A stretch of 64,000 nucleotides of DNA from Candidatus Kapaibacterium sp. (GTDB lineage: Bacteria > Bacteroidota > Ignavibacteria > Palsa-1295): contig JBKJTT010000088.1 in assembly GCA_046590205.1 (NCBI GenBank), positions 733 to 64,732 on the forward strand, read 5' to 3'. Both the position numbers and the translations under genes were made by a program. Below the pieces are notes generated by a model that was not told where the DNA came from, ran no database searches, and saw only the letters and a list, made by a program, of their open reading frames with translations. Positions within the stretch are counted from its first letter, which is position 1. Every line of letters begins with the position of its first letter. Below are positions 36,436 through 45,475 of this stretch, piece by piece.

Positions 36436-38331
36436 TCAATATTTTATTACCTTAAGTATGTCAGTACGGTTTGTGCTATGAACATACACGAAGTATTGCC
36501 CGGATGGGATTTCGTTCATAGAGAACTCAACCTGATTTTTCCTACCTTCAAATTGTGCCACCCGTACCCCAAGAACATTGATGATCTCATAGCTAGTCAA
36601 TTCACCATCTGGTGCGCCGCTAATGATAATCTTACCATGAGTTATTGTAGGGCTTACCGAGAAGGTATTTATGCTCTCCTTGTTGATAACTGAATTACGA
36701 GGTTGTTCCGTATATGTGATACGCTGATTGACTGGGACGTTATAGTATTTGTCAACTTGACGATGTAAATTCTTAGACATAGGCCACGAAACAATTATTG
36801 AATCAGCAACAGTCGCACTCCCTAAACCGAAGTGTTTAACCAGTGATGCAGATGAGGACATCCCTCCGCCGGTGTTAACCTGCTTGAGATGTTTGACGCC
36901 GTTTGTAAATACTTCAATAGTTGTCCCGATAGCTTCTTTTGCTGTTGAGATTGCAACACACGTTATATCAAGCCAATTTCTGTTATTTGAAGGGGGAGTT
37001 ACATTCTTAAAGACACGGAAATCAGCAGTATTTACGCCGGGTGTTCTTCCAAGAGATCCATACACAATATCCACCATACCGTCATGGTTGTAATCAAATG
37101 CACATGCCCCTCTGCCGCGTGAATTTACTACAACTCCATCAGTCAGTGTTACATCTTCAAACTTCCCATCTGCTGTCTGGTAGTAGAATCTGGAGGTATC
37201 GAGTTCTTGAGGTAGTAGTGCGCCCACACCGATTGAACGAATATACCCATGAACGACAAAGGCATCCTCTCTTCCGTCATTATCAAAATCTTCAAAAAGA
37301 GTAGTCCACGTTATATGAGGGGTTGCGGGTACATTGATATCGAGGTTGAGAGGGAAACCGATGTCTTGTGCGACATTCTTAAATATGCCGTTTTGATTCT
37401 GAAGCAAGAATACTCCTCCGATGGAGGAATGAAAAAAGTCAAAATCACCATCATTGTCGTAATCAGTTGGTGTGATAGTCATATCAAAGATACGAATATC
37501 CGCGCCAATTTCGGCACCGACAGATTTGAATGAAGCAACCCCGGTTTGTGCAAGCTGGTTTTGATATACATGATTTGGTGACACCGCCATACCGAAATCG
37601 TTTCCTGTCAAAATATCAATATCTCCGTCAAGATCATAATCCATCATGATACAGACATTTGTTGACCCTGTATCACCAACTCCGTACTGTGCATAGGATT
37701 CAGTGAAAGTACCATTATTATTGTTGACATAGAACTGATTTGGAAATCCAGTGAGCACATAATGGCTAATCCCGAAGGAGTCTATCCTTGAATCTTGTGA
37801 TTTAACCCATCTCCCTACATAAATATCATTATCACCATCACCATCAAAATCACCATACGAGGCGCTATTGGTAGCATTTTCATCAAACGGCTCTTCTATA
37901 CCAGCTGGTTGGCTATAGTTTGAAAATGTATTGTCTCCGTTATTCCTCCAGAGGAGATCTTTCCGTCGGCATGCCATGAAGATATCAATAAATCCGTCAT
38001 TGTCATAGTCTAATCCGACACCACCTTGGGTATAGCTATTAAAATTATTATGTTTAGCTAAATTTGGGTCGGTTATATCTTTGAACGTCCCATCTTTTTG
38101 GTTCATGAAAAGCTTATCCACCGTCACAGTACCTGGCAGGTACAGGTCATCCCAGCCGTCGTAATCTAAATCAAGAACGACCACACCGGCACCAATATCA
38201 TTAAGTGGCACAGAGGACTGCATCAGCTTTGCCTCTTCGGTAGCATCTACGAACTTGAACTGACCGAAACATCGGTCATTCATAAGAATTACCGATGCTA
38301 AGACTATGATAGATATTGATAATCGTTTCAT
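36436..38331 (-). CDS. CRTAC1-family protein (FG-GAP/VCBS repeats plus ASPIC/UnbV domain) with T9SS C-terminal sorting domain
   Basis: Repeated DxDxDGxxD motifs (LDLDYDGWDD, LDYDNDGFID, GDFDGDGDNDIY, MDYDLDGDID, TDYDNDGDFD, EDFDNDGRED, FDYNHDGMVD); ASPIC/UnbV-like GTTIEVFTNGVKHLKQVNTGGGMSSSASLVKHFGLG; C-terminal ...SGQYFVYVHS...ILKVIKY is a T9SS CTD. Confidence 0.85.
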   Translation of the reverse strand: MKRLSISIIVLASVILMNDRCFGQFKFVDATEEAKLMQSSVPLNDIGAGVVVLDLDYDGWDDLYLPGTVTVDKLFMNQKDGTFKDITDPNLAKHNNFNSYTQGGVGLDYDNDGFIDIFMACRRKDLLWRNNGDNTFSNYSQPAGIEEPFDENATNSASYGDFDGDGDNDIYVGRWVKSQDSRIDSFGISHYVLTGFPNQFYVNNNNGTFTESYAQYGVGDTGSTNVCIMMDYDLDGDIDILTGNDFGMAVSPNHVYQNQLAQTGVASFKSVGAEIGADIRIFDMTITPTDYDNDGDFDFFHSSIGGVFLLQNQNGIFKNVAQDIGFPLNLDINVPATPHITWTTLFEDFDNDGREDAFVVHGYIRSIGVGALLPQELDTSRFYYQTADGKFEDVTLTDGVVVNSRGRGACAFDYNHDGMVDIVYGSLGRTPGVNTADFRVFKNVTPPSNNRNWLDITCVAISTAKEAIGTTIEVFTNGVKHLKQVNTGGGMSSSASLVKHFGLGSATVADSIIVSWPMSKNLHRQVDKYYNVPVNQRITYTEQPRNSVINKESINTFSVSPTITHGKIIISGAPDGELTSYEIINVLGVRVAQFEGRKNQVEFSMNEIPSGQYFVYVHSTNRTDILKVIKY

Positions 38332-38349
38332 TGAAAAACCTCTTGTTTG

Positions 38350-39432
38350 TTAATTTGAATCATAGAGCGTCTTTCCGTCAAGGTAGCTTGGAGTGAACCA
38401 TGCAAACAGGTTTGCATGCTCACTGGTCTCTACCTTCGGACCAAACTTGTACTCTTTGGTTGTTGGATTATCATAGACGCACGTATATCGAATATACTCA
38501 TTGACATCTAATTTGACGGGAGTTGCATACGCTGTGAAAGGCGGCTCACCCCAATCATTACTTAAATAGACATTCGCTTCTACGACTGTTCTATCAAACG
38601 TGACAGGGTCAATTCTCATCTTGTCAACAATGAAGCGTTTGCCACGTGAGTGGAAGTGTCCGGTCATACCGAGGATATACATAGGGCGCGGTACTGCCGC
38701 AAACTCGCAGTTTTTTTGGAAAGTTTGGTCGGATTTGAGCGGCTCTATCTTGATAAGCATATTACGTGCAAACATCATTGATGCTTTTTCATAATTAGCA
38801 GCATTTCCTTTGGCATACCAAATATTGACGCTGACCTTACCTTTACTGTTCTTCGTAGATTGAGAAGTTGCATTAACGTAATGGACTTGGAGTATCATCT
38901 TCTCATTCTTTTCTAAATGTATGATTGATTGCTTTCCAGAGGGGAGTGTCGGTAAGTCCCATGAAAAAAGTTTGCCTGAAACCTGTGCCTCAATAAGTAT
39001 ATCTGACTCGTTGAAGATGCTTGTTGCCGTGAAGCTGGAGTCATTATACTCGATTGGTTCTGAAGTTTGTTTACCATTGTAGGTAAAGTTTACCGTTGAT
39101 GTCTTTCTCGATGGAAGTGAGTCGGGAAGATTAAGTGTTGAACGGAAAAGGTTCATGTGATGAGTACCTTCGTTCATTGCAATCTCGATCTTTGAAATAT
39201 CAATACCTTCCAAATTTGGCAACGTGATGTAAAAATCACGCTGTACCTCAGCCCCGAGTGGGACATCGAACGCAGGAATTTGTATCTGCAAACCTTCGCC
39301 GGCTGGTGGCGGCTCAAGAACAGTATTGCCTTCAGCATCAAAAGAGAATTTTTCTGTGACCGGCGCATCAGTCGAACAAGAAGCAAGTATAAAAATCGGC
39401 ACACAAAGAAGTAGTAAAAAGAGTTTTTTCAT
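38350..39432 (-). CDS. Hypothetical lipoprotein with motifs resembling copper type-II ascorbate-dependent monooxygenase (PHM/DBH-like): HHM and HxH
   Basis: Signal peptide plus lipobox (LLLCVPIFILASCS); EGTHHMNLF resembles the PHM CuH motif vHHMLLFGC; later MTGHFHSRG resembles the CuM H-x-H motif. The domain assignment is tentative. Confidence 0.6.
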   Translation of the reverse strand: MKKLFLLLLCVPIFILASCSTDAPVTEKFSFDAEGNTVLEPPPAGEGLQIQIPAFDVPLGAEVQRDFYITLPNLEGIDISKIEIAMNEGTHHMNLFRSTLNLPDSLPSRKTSTVNFTYNGKQTSEPIEYNDSSFTATSIFNESDILIEAQVSGKLFSWDLPTLPSGKQSIIHLEKNEKMILQVHYVNATSQSTKNSKGKVSVNIWYAKGNAANYEKASMMFARNMLIKIEPLKSDQTFQKNCEFAAVPRPMYILGMTGHFHSRGKRFIVDKMRIDPVTFDRTVVEANVYLSNDWGEPPFTAYATPVKLDVNEYIRYTCVYDNPTTKEYKFGPKVETSEHANLFAWFTPSYLDGKTLYDSN

Positions 39433-39639
39433 TTTTTACAAGTTATAAATGGGTAATCCCTAATTGGTCTATTGGTCACTACCATATATAAGACACGCAA
39501 GAGGCAGAAAATATACAAATTATTTTCAAAAATAATTCATGTATTTTCAAATAACAGCCATTTCTATGTTTTTCTCATCGTCTTGGCTAAGTTCTTCTCC
39601 AATATACGTATTTTTGTGAGATAATAGATTGTATAACCA

Positions 39640-40755
39640 GTGAAAAGAACAGCATTTTTCGATAAGCATATAGCCCTTGGGGCGAAAATGGTGGAATTCG
39701 GCGGATACGAGATGCCTGTCCAGTACCCAAAAGGTATTATCGCCGAGCATAAGGTTGTCCGCGATGGAGGTGTAGGGGTATTCGATGTCTCCCACATGGG
39801 TGAGTTTTCTGTTAAAGGGGTGGATGCCCTTGCATATCTGCAATTCTTGACCGTCAATGACGTTTCTACCCTCACTCCGGGTAAAGCACAATATAGTGCA
39901 CTCCCAAAACCTGACGGTACGATCATAGACGACCTGCTTGTCTATATGCTCGCTGAAAATGACTATATGATTGTTGTCAACGGGGCAACAAGCGAAAAGG
40001 ACTGGGCGCATTTTGCCGAACATGCAAAGAGCTTCAATGTCACGATCCGCAATGATTCAGACGCAATGTCTCTTCTCGCAGTTCAAGGCGAGAAATCGAT
40101 ACCAACATTGCAAAAACTGACAGATGTTGATCTTGCCTCCATTGAGTACTATCATTTCGTACAAGGCAAACTTGCTGGAGTTGATATGACCATCTCACGC
40201 ACAGGTTATACTGGTGAAACAGGGATAGAGATATATTTTTCGTCTGATAAAGATACTGCTTATAAAGTATGGGATGCAGTTTTCGAGGCAGGCAAAGAAT
40301 ATGGCATTGAGCCGATTGGTCTCGGTGCGCGTGATACACTTCGTCTTGAGATGGGGTACTGCCTTTACGGTAACGATATAGACGAAACAACGACGCCTCT
40401 GGAAGCGGGACTTGGTTGGGTAACAAAACTTAACAAGGCTACTCCGTGTATAGCCACCGAAGCTCTCAAGGCACAGAAAGAAGCCGGACTTACGCGCAAA
40501 CTTGTTGGGTTTGTTATTGAGGAACGCGGTGCTATTGCTCGTCATGGGCACCCGATAATTGATGATGCTGGTACGAAGATTGGTATTGTAACAAGCGGCA
40601 ACATTTCGCCAACCACAGGAAAAGCTATTGCGCTTGGGTATGTACCGCTCGCACTTTCAAAAGAAGGTATGAATGTCACTATTGAAGTTCGCCCGGGTAA
40701 GCGAGCTATCGGTACGATAAAGAAATTACCATTTGTTACACCACAGGTAAGGTGA
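39640..40755 (+). CDS. gcvT: Glycine cleavage system aminomethyltransferase T
   Basis: Full-length match to the GcvT family (FDVSHMGEF, GYTGETGIEIY, ...PFVTPQV C-terminus). Confidence 0.92.
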   Translation: MKRTAFFDKHIALGAKMVEFGGYEMPVQYPKGIIAEHKVVRDGGVGVFDVSHMGEFSVKGVDALAYLQFLTVNDVSTLTPGKAQYSALPKPDGTIIDDLLVYMLAENDYMIVVNGATSEKDWAHFAEHAKSFNVTIRNDSDAMSLLAVQGEKSIPTLQKLTDVDLASIEYYHFVQGKLAGVDMTISRTGYTGETGIEIYFSSDKDTAYKVWDAVFEAGKEYGIEPIGLGARDTLRLEMGYCLYGNDIDETTTPLEAGLGWVTKLNKATPCIATEALKAQKEAGLTRKLVGFVIEERGAIARHGHPIIDDAGTKIGIVTSGNISPTTGKAIALGYVPLALSKEGMNVTIEVRPGKRAIGTIKKLPFVTPQVR

Positions 40756-41519
40756 GTTTAGAGTTAAAGAACGTTTCAATGCGCTTTGGCGGCTTGACAG
40801 CCGTTGGTGATCTTACATGTATGATTGGGTCAAATGACCTTATCGGGCTTATCGGTCCGAACGGTGCAGGCAAGACAACGGTCTTTAATGTGATAACGGG
40901 AGTGTACTCACCGACTGAAGGCGATGTCATTTTTCAAGGGAAGAGTATAAAAGGATTGAAGTCGTGTGATATTACCGCGCACGGTATCTCACGCACGTTC
41001 CAGAACATTCGTCTATTCAAAGGACTTTCGGTTTTCGATAACATCCGCGTTTCGTTTGCACCAAAAGCCACCCATAAAGCACTCGGCTCGTTTCTTCGCG
41101 TAGGAAGTTTTTATGCAGCCGAGAAAGAGATCGAGCACAAAATAATGTCATTGCTTGAGTTCTTTCGTCTCTCGCATTTACGTGATGAACATGCGACCAG
41201 TCTGCCCTACGGTGACCAACGACGACTGGAGATAATCCGTGCACTCGCTACTGATCCAAAACTACTTTTACTCGATGAACCTGCAGCAGGGATGAACCCA
41301 ACAGAGAAGCAAGACCTGATGCGGCTCATCCGTACACTGCGCGATCAGTTCAACATTGCAATTCTTCTTATCGAACATGATATGTCTCTTGTGATGGGTG
41401 TATGCGAACGCATTATGGTACTTGATTACGGAATAAAGATAGCAGAAGGGACACCAGAAGAGATTCGTCACAATCCCCGTGTCATAGAAGCATATTTAGG
41501 CGTGGAGGAGAAGAAATAG
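40752..41519 (+). CDS. livG: Branched-chain amino acid-type ABC transporter ATP-binding protein (LivG-like)
   Basis: GTG start overlapping the gcvT stop (GTGA); Walker A GPNGAGKTT, the LivG-specific insertion, signature, Walker B LLLDEPAAGMNP. Confidence 0.85.
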   Translation: MSLELKNVSMRFGGLTAVGDLTCMIGSNDLIGLIGPNGAGKTTVFNVITGVYSPTEGDVIFQGKSIKGLKSCDITAHGISRTFQNIRLFKGLSVFDNIRVSFAPKATHKALGSFLRVGSFYAAEKEIEHKIMSLLEFFRLSHLRDEHATSLPYGDQRRLEIIRALATDPKLLLLDEPAAGMNPTEKQDLMRLIRTLRDQFNIAILLIEHDMSLVMGVCERIMVLDYGIKIAEGTPEEIRHNPRVIEAYLGVEEKK

Positions 41520-41520
41520 T

Positions 41521-42231
41521 ATGCTCACTGTTAAAGACCTTCATGTTTCCTACGGGCAGATAAAAGCGATAACAGGTATCTCAATAGAAGTACCATCAAA
41601 ATCAATCGTTACGCTCATTGGCGCGAACGGAGCGGGAAAGACAACACTGCTTAGGACAATATCTGGGCTTATCAAAGCGAAGTCCGGATCAATGATCTTT
41701 GAAGGAAAAGAGCTTTGTGCATTACCACCACACCAGATCGTTAAGCTCGGTGTTGCCCAATCACCTGAAGGCAGAATGATATTCGGTAATCTCACTGTCA
41801 AGGAGAATCTTATGATGGGGGCGTATCTTCGTAATGATACTGCCGAAATTGAAAAAGACCTTGACTATGTCTTTGCTATATTTCCACGCTTGAAAGAACG
41901 CTTCGCGCAAGCAGGCGGAACACTCTCCGGAGGTGAACAGCAGATGCTTGCAATAGGCAGATCGCTAATGTCACGTCCGCGCATACTTCTCCTTGACGAA
42001 CCATCGCTCGGTATCGCACCAATACTTGTCCGCACTATCTTCGAAAAGATTGTGGAGATAAATACAACACTCGGAGTAACGATGCTTCTTGTAGAGCAAA
42101 ATGCAAATCTCGCTCTTGCGATAGCGCACAAAGGGTATGTATTAGAGACAGGGAAGATCGTCTTAGAAGGACTCGCCAAAGACCTCGCCGAGAACGAAGA
42201 AGTCAAGAAAGCATATTTGGGCGGACACTAA
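41521..42231 (+). CDS. livF: Branched-chain amino acid-type ABC transporter ATP-binding protein (LivF-like)
   Basis: Walker A GANGAGKTT, LSGGEQQMLAIGRSLM, Walker B LLLDEPSLGIAP; 1-nt spacing after the LivG-like gene. Confidence 0.85.
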   Translation: MLTVKDLHVSYGQIKAITGISIEVPSKSIVTLIGANGAGKTTLLRTISGLIKAKSGSMIFEGKELCALPPHQIVKLGVAQSPEGRMIFGNLTVKENLMMGAYLRNDTAEIEKDLDYVFAIFPRLKERFAQAGGTLSGGEQQMLAIGRSLMSRPRILLLDEPSLGIAPILVRTIFEKIVEINTTLGVTMLLVEQNANLALAIAHKGYVLETGKIVLEGLAKDLAENEEVKKAYLGGH

Positions 42232-42235
42232 ACCC

Positions 42236-43108
42236 TTATGCGTTTTTAGTCCGTAAAAACTTAAACTCCAACACAGAGAATATCGCAATGATGAAGAATA
42301 GTACGTATGCTATTGCACTTGCATAGCCCATTCCGTCGGCTTTCTCAAACGCATTCTCATAGACTGAATAAACGAGTGTGCTCGTCCTGCCGAGCGGTCC
42401 GCCTTTTGTCATTACATAGACTTCCGTAAAGACCTGAAAGCTTTTTATCGTATTTAAAACAACTGCAAATAGAAGAGTCGGTTTGATAAGAGGGAGAGTA
42501 ATATTCGTAAACTTCTTCCATGACGATGTTCCTTCCAAGTCAGCGACTTCATAATAATCCTTCGGTACGTTCTGCATTGCGGCAAGGAAGAGCACAGTGT
42601 AGTATCCTATCGAAATCCAAATATCCATTGCCATGATAGATGCAAGCGCATAGCTTGGTTCAAGTAGAAATCCTTTTTCTGGTGACGGAATACCTACCAT
42701 CTTTAAGAGAGTATGAATATAACCGTCAGCAGAATAAAGATTCGTAAAAATGATCGAGATAACGACAAGGGATGTAACCGTAGGCAGAAATAGTGCAGAG
42801 CGATAGAGATTCTGAAAGCGCTTTACCCATTCAAGCAGCACTGCAAAAAGCAGTGCAAAGCCCATCGTGAACGGTATAGTCCCGACAACGAAGATAAGCG
42901 TGTTGATAAGCGACCGAAGAAAGACATCATCAGTAAGTAGCTTCTCGTAGTTCTTTAGCCCTATCCAAATAGTCTCCGATGTTAATGTTTTATACTTCAT
43001 GAACGATAGATAGAGCGAGTAGAGAAGCGGATACGCCCAGAACACAAGGAATGTGATGATCCAAGGCGAGAGAAGCAGATACGGCAGGTATTTTTTGCGT
43101 CCTATCAC
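42236..43108 (-). CDS. Carbohydrate ABC transporter permease (MalF/UgpA-like)
   Basis: 6 TM segments; EAA-like loop region ...LAAMQNVPKDYYEVADLEGTSSWKKFTNITLPLIKP, typical of sugar ABC permeases. No partner permease, binding protein or ATPase is adjacent on this strand. Confidence 0.8.
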   Translation of the reverse strand: MIGRKKYLPYLLLSPWIITFLVFWAYPLLYSLYLSFMKYKTLTSETIWIGLKNYEKLLTDDVFLRSLINTLIFVVGTIPFTMGFALLFAVLLEWVKRFQNLYRSALFLPTVTSLVVISIIFTNLYSADGYIHTLLKMVGIPSPEKGFLLEPSYALASIMAMDIWISIGYYTVLFLAAMQNVPKDYYEVADLEGTSSWKKFTNITLPLIKPTLLFAVVLNTIKSFQVFTEVYVMTKGGPLGRTSTLVYSVYENAFEKADGMGYASAIAYVLFFIIAIFSVLEFKFLRTKNA

Positions 43109-43698
43109 AATGCAAATATAGCACGTGCGAAGTCACGAAGCGCCAAATAGAGCGAACAAAGTGGTAGACCGACGACATTATAGTAGTCGCCTTCGATGCG
43201 CGAAACAAAGACAGCACCGTGATCTTCCTGAATTCCATACGAACCCGCTTTGTCCATCGGCGAGCCTGACGCTACATAGTCGGCTATATCTTTATCGGAG
43301 AGCACGCGGAAAGTAACCGATGTCTTCTCTACGAATGAATGCTCTTTACCTGATGTACTATCAATGAGCGCAACGCCAGTATAGACTATGTGGGTATTGC
43401 CTGATAGTTTACGGAGCATCGCTTTTGCATCATCGGCATCGATGGGTTTACCGAGTATTGCGTTTTCAAGAACAACAGTCGTATCAGCGCCGATAATTAT
43501 TCCTTGCTCGCTCTCGGAAAGTTTTGGGAGTAATGCCCTTGCTTTGTCAAGTGCAAGTTGCTCGACATATTCATTAGGAGCAAGGTTACCATCATGTGTC
43601 TCATCAATATAGGTAGGGGAGATGATAACGTGCTTCGCTCCGAGCAGCTTTATGAGTTGTGCTCTGCGAGGAGATGCTGATGCAAGATAAAGGGTCAT
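43105..43698 (-). CDS. maf: Maf-like nucleoside triphosphate pyrophosphatase (dTTP/UTP pyrophosphatase)
   Basis: MTLYLASASPRRAQLIKLLG...GADTTVVLENAILGKP...KAGSYGIQE; stop overlaps the permease start by 4 nt. Confidence 0.88.
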   Translation of the reverse strand: MTLYLASASPRRAQLIKLLGAKHVIISPTYIDETHDGNLAPNEYVEQLALDKARALLPKLSESEQGIIIGADTTVVLENAILGKPIDADDAKAMLRKLSGNTHIVYTGVALIDSTSGKEHSFVEKTSVTFRVLSDKDIADYVASGSPMDKAGSYGIQEDHGAVFVSRIEGDYYNVVGLPLCSLYLALRDFARAIFAL

Positions 43699-43708
43699 GC
43701 TTATAATA

Positions 43709-43736
43709 AAAAAGTCCTGTACGAACAGGACTTTTT
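43709..43736. terminator. Bidirectional intrinsic-terminator hairpin (12-bp perfect stem AAAAAGTCCTGT / ACAGGACTTTTT, 4-nt loop)
   Basis: A-run before and T-run after; it lies between the stop of gene 43761..44204 (minus) and the maf start. Confidence 0.6.
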
Positions 43737-43760
43737 AACACTTATGAATGACGTTTCGTC

Positions 43761-44204
43761 TTAGCGGAACATCTCTTTTATCATTCCCCAGGTACGCTTC
43801 ACACCTGATGAAGGACGTGTGACAGAAATCGTCTGTGAGTAACTGACAACTTCCTTATCGTAGTTCATCTTTAAGCGATACTTGAAGAGATCTGCAAGCG
43901 GTACCTTTGGATTGTTCGCCGGAGCACCTGATTGTACCATTGAGTTGATGGCAGCGTCACGGAAACGATAGGATGAGTTGTTGCCGGTTGAGGTCAGGGT
44001 TGAAAGTTCTTTGAAGTCTGTGCTGTTAACCTCGGCGCGTTCGATGGTATAGCTTTTTACCCCATCTTCACTGCCTGATTGCCATTCAAGGACGATAGCA
44101 TCGGTCTCGGCATGACCTTTGAGGTAGGTCAGAACCGTTGAAAAACCATACGCCGTAAGCGCAGCAGAGAGGAAAAAAACGATGAAAAGCGACTTCTTCA
44201 TCAA
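43761..44204 (-). CDS. Hypothetical secreted protein (possible FN3-like fold)
   Basis: Signal peptide MMKKSLFIVFFLSAALTAYG; AIVLEWQSGSEDGVKSYTIERA is FN3-like; no other domains. Confidence 0.6.
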   Translation of the reverse strand: MMKKSLFIVFFLSAALTAYGFSTVLTYLKGHAETDAIVLEWQSGSEDGVKSYTIERAEVNSTDFKELSTLTSTGNNSSYRFRDAAINSMVQSGAPANNPKVPLADLFKYRLKMNYDKEVVSYSQTISVTRPSSGVKRTWGMIKEMFR

Positions 44205-44272
44205 AATTAGAGTGTTTTAGTATATGAATATACAATAGAAACACGCCAACGGTTCAAAAGTTACCGGAAAAA

Positions 44273-45475
44273 TCAGTCTTTTTCAAACATCGCCCCGATT
44301 CCTTGCCCGACTCCAATGCACATTGTAGCAATGCCCCGTTTAAGTCCTTTACGACGCATCTGGTAAAGTAGTGTGCCAACTAACCTTCCGCCGCTTGCAC
44401 CGAGAGGATGACCAATTGCGATAGCTCCGCCATTCGGGTTTACTTTCTCCATATCCAAACCAAGTTCACGGATGACAGCTAAACTCTGTGATGCAAATGC
44501 TTCGTTGAGTTCGACAAGGTCAATATCGTTAATGGAGAGTCCGGTACGAGCAAGGATTTGTCGTACAGCATGAACAGGTCCCATCCCCATTGTTCGAGGT
44601 GAGAGACCTTCAACACCTGAAGCGACATATCTTCCGAGTGGTTCAATGCCGAGTTTCTTTAACATCTTCTCACTTACAACGACAACAGCACTTGCTCCGT
44701 CATTCAAGCTCGATGAGTTACCTGCCGTTACCGAACCGCCTTTGCGGAATGCGGCAGCAAGCTTCGCAAGTTTTTCCATTGATGTATCAGCGCGAGGTTG
44801 TTCATCTTTGGCAATGACAATCGGGTCGCCTTTCTTTTGCGGAATAACGACAGGGACAATCTCTTCATCATACGCACCTGCAGTTTGCGCAGCGATAGCT
44901 TTCTGATGTGATGCAAGAGCGAATGCGTCTTGATCTTCGCGTGATACCTTCCACTGCTCTGCAACATTCTCGCCTGTCTCGCCCATTGCCTCAAGAGGGA
45001 ACATCGCTTCGAGACGATTATTCGGGTAGCGCCAGCCAAGTGCTGTGTCGTATGCAGTAAGATTTCCAAAGAGAGCCGCGCCACTTACATTTTTTGGCAC
45101 AGAGTATGGTGCGCGTGTCATTGATTCTACCCCGCCTGCAACTATAATATCTGCTTCACCTGCTTTGATAGCGCGTGATGCCTGAATGATTGCATCAAGT
45201 GATGAGCCGCAAAGGCGATTGATCGTCGTCGCAGGTACTCGCTCAGGAAGCCCAGCAAGCAATACTCCCATACGTGCAACGTTACGGTTATCTTCGCCTG
45301 CTTGGTTAGCGCAGCCGATCAAGACATCGTTAATCTCGTTCGGGTCAATGCCTGCACGTTTTACTGCTTCGGCGATGACGATGCCTGCCATGTCGTCAGG
45401 ACGAACATCCTTCAATGCTCCGCCATATTTCCCAAATGGTGTGCGGCACGCTGATATGATATAAGCTTCTTGCAT
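44273..45475 (-). CDS. Acetyl-CoA C-acetyltransferase / 3-ketoacyl-CoA thiolase
   Basis: Thiolase signatures: N-terminal ...[14 protein letters not shown], active-site Cys region [11 protein letters not shown]-terminal [18 protein letters not shown]...[10 protein letters not shown]. Confidence 0.9.
   Translation of the reverse strand: MQEAYIISACRTPFGKYGGALKDVRPDDMAGIVIAEAVKRAGIDPNEINDVLIGCANQAGEDNRNVARMGVLLAGLPERVPATTINRLCGSSLDAIIQASRAIKAGEADIIVAGGVESMTRAPYSVPKNVSGAALFGNLTAYDTALGWRYPNNRLEAMFPLEAMGETGENVAEQWKVSREDQDAFALASHQKAIAAQTAGAYDEEIVPVVIPQKKGDPIVIAKDEQPRADTSMEKLAKLAAAFRKGGSVTAGNSSSLNDGASAVVVVSEKMLKKLGIEPLGRYVASGVEGLSPRTMGMGPVHAVRQILARTGLSINDIDLVELNEAFASQSLAVIRELGLDMEKVNPNGGAIAIGHPLGASGGRLVGTLLYQMRRKGLKRGIATMCIGVGQGIGAMFEKD

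Noticed and set aside
38350-39432. Confident functional call of 38350..39432 as a copper monooxygenase
   Set aside because: Only short motif resemblance (HHM, HxH) could be checked by eye. I kept the gene as a hypothetical lipoprotein and recorded the idea as a finding instead.
39433-39639. Glycine riboswitch upstream of gcvT
   Set aside because: I searched the leader for the conserved GGAGAG...CTCTGGAGAG and ACCGAAGGGGCAA cores and found neither. The region is AT-rich promoter-like DNA.
39547-40023. 158-aa minus-strand ORF overlapping the 5' end of gcvT
   Set aside because: It lies antisense to a strongly conserved gcvT coding region and has no signal or domain features; likely spurious.
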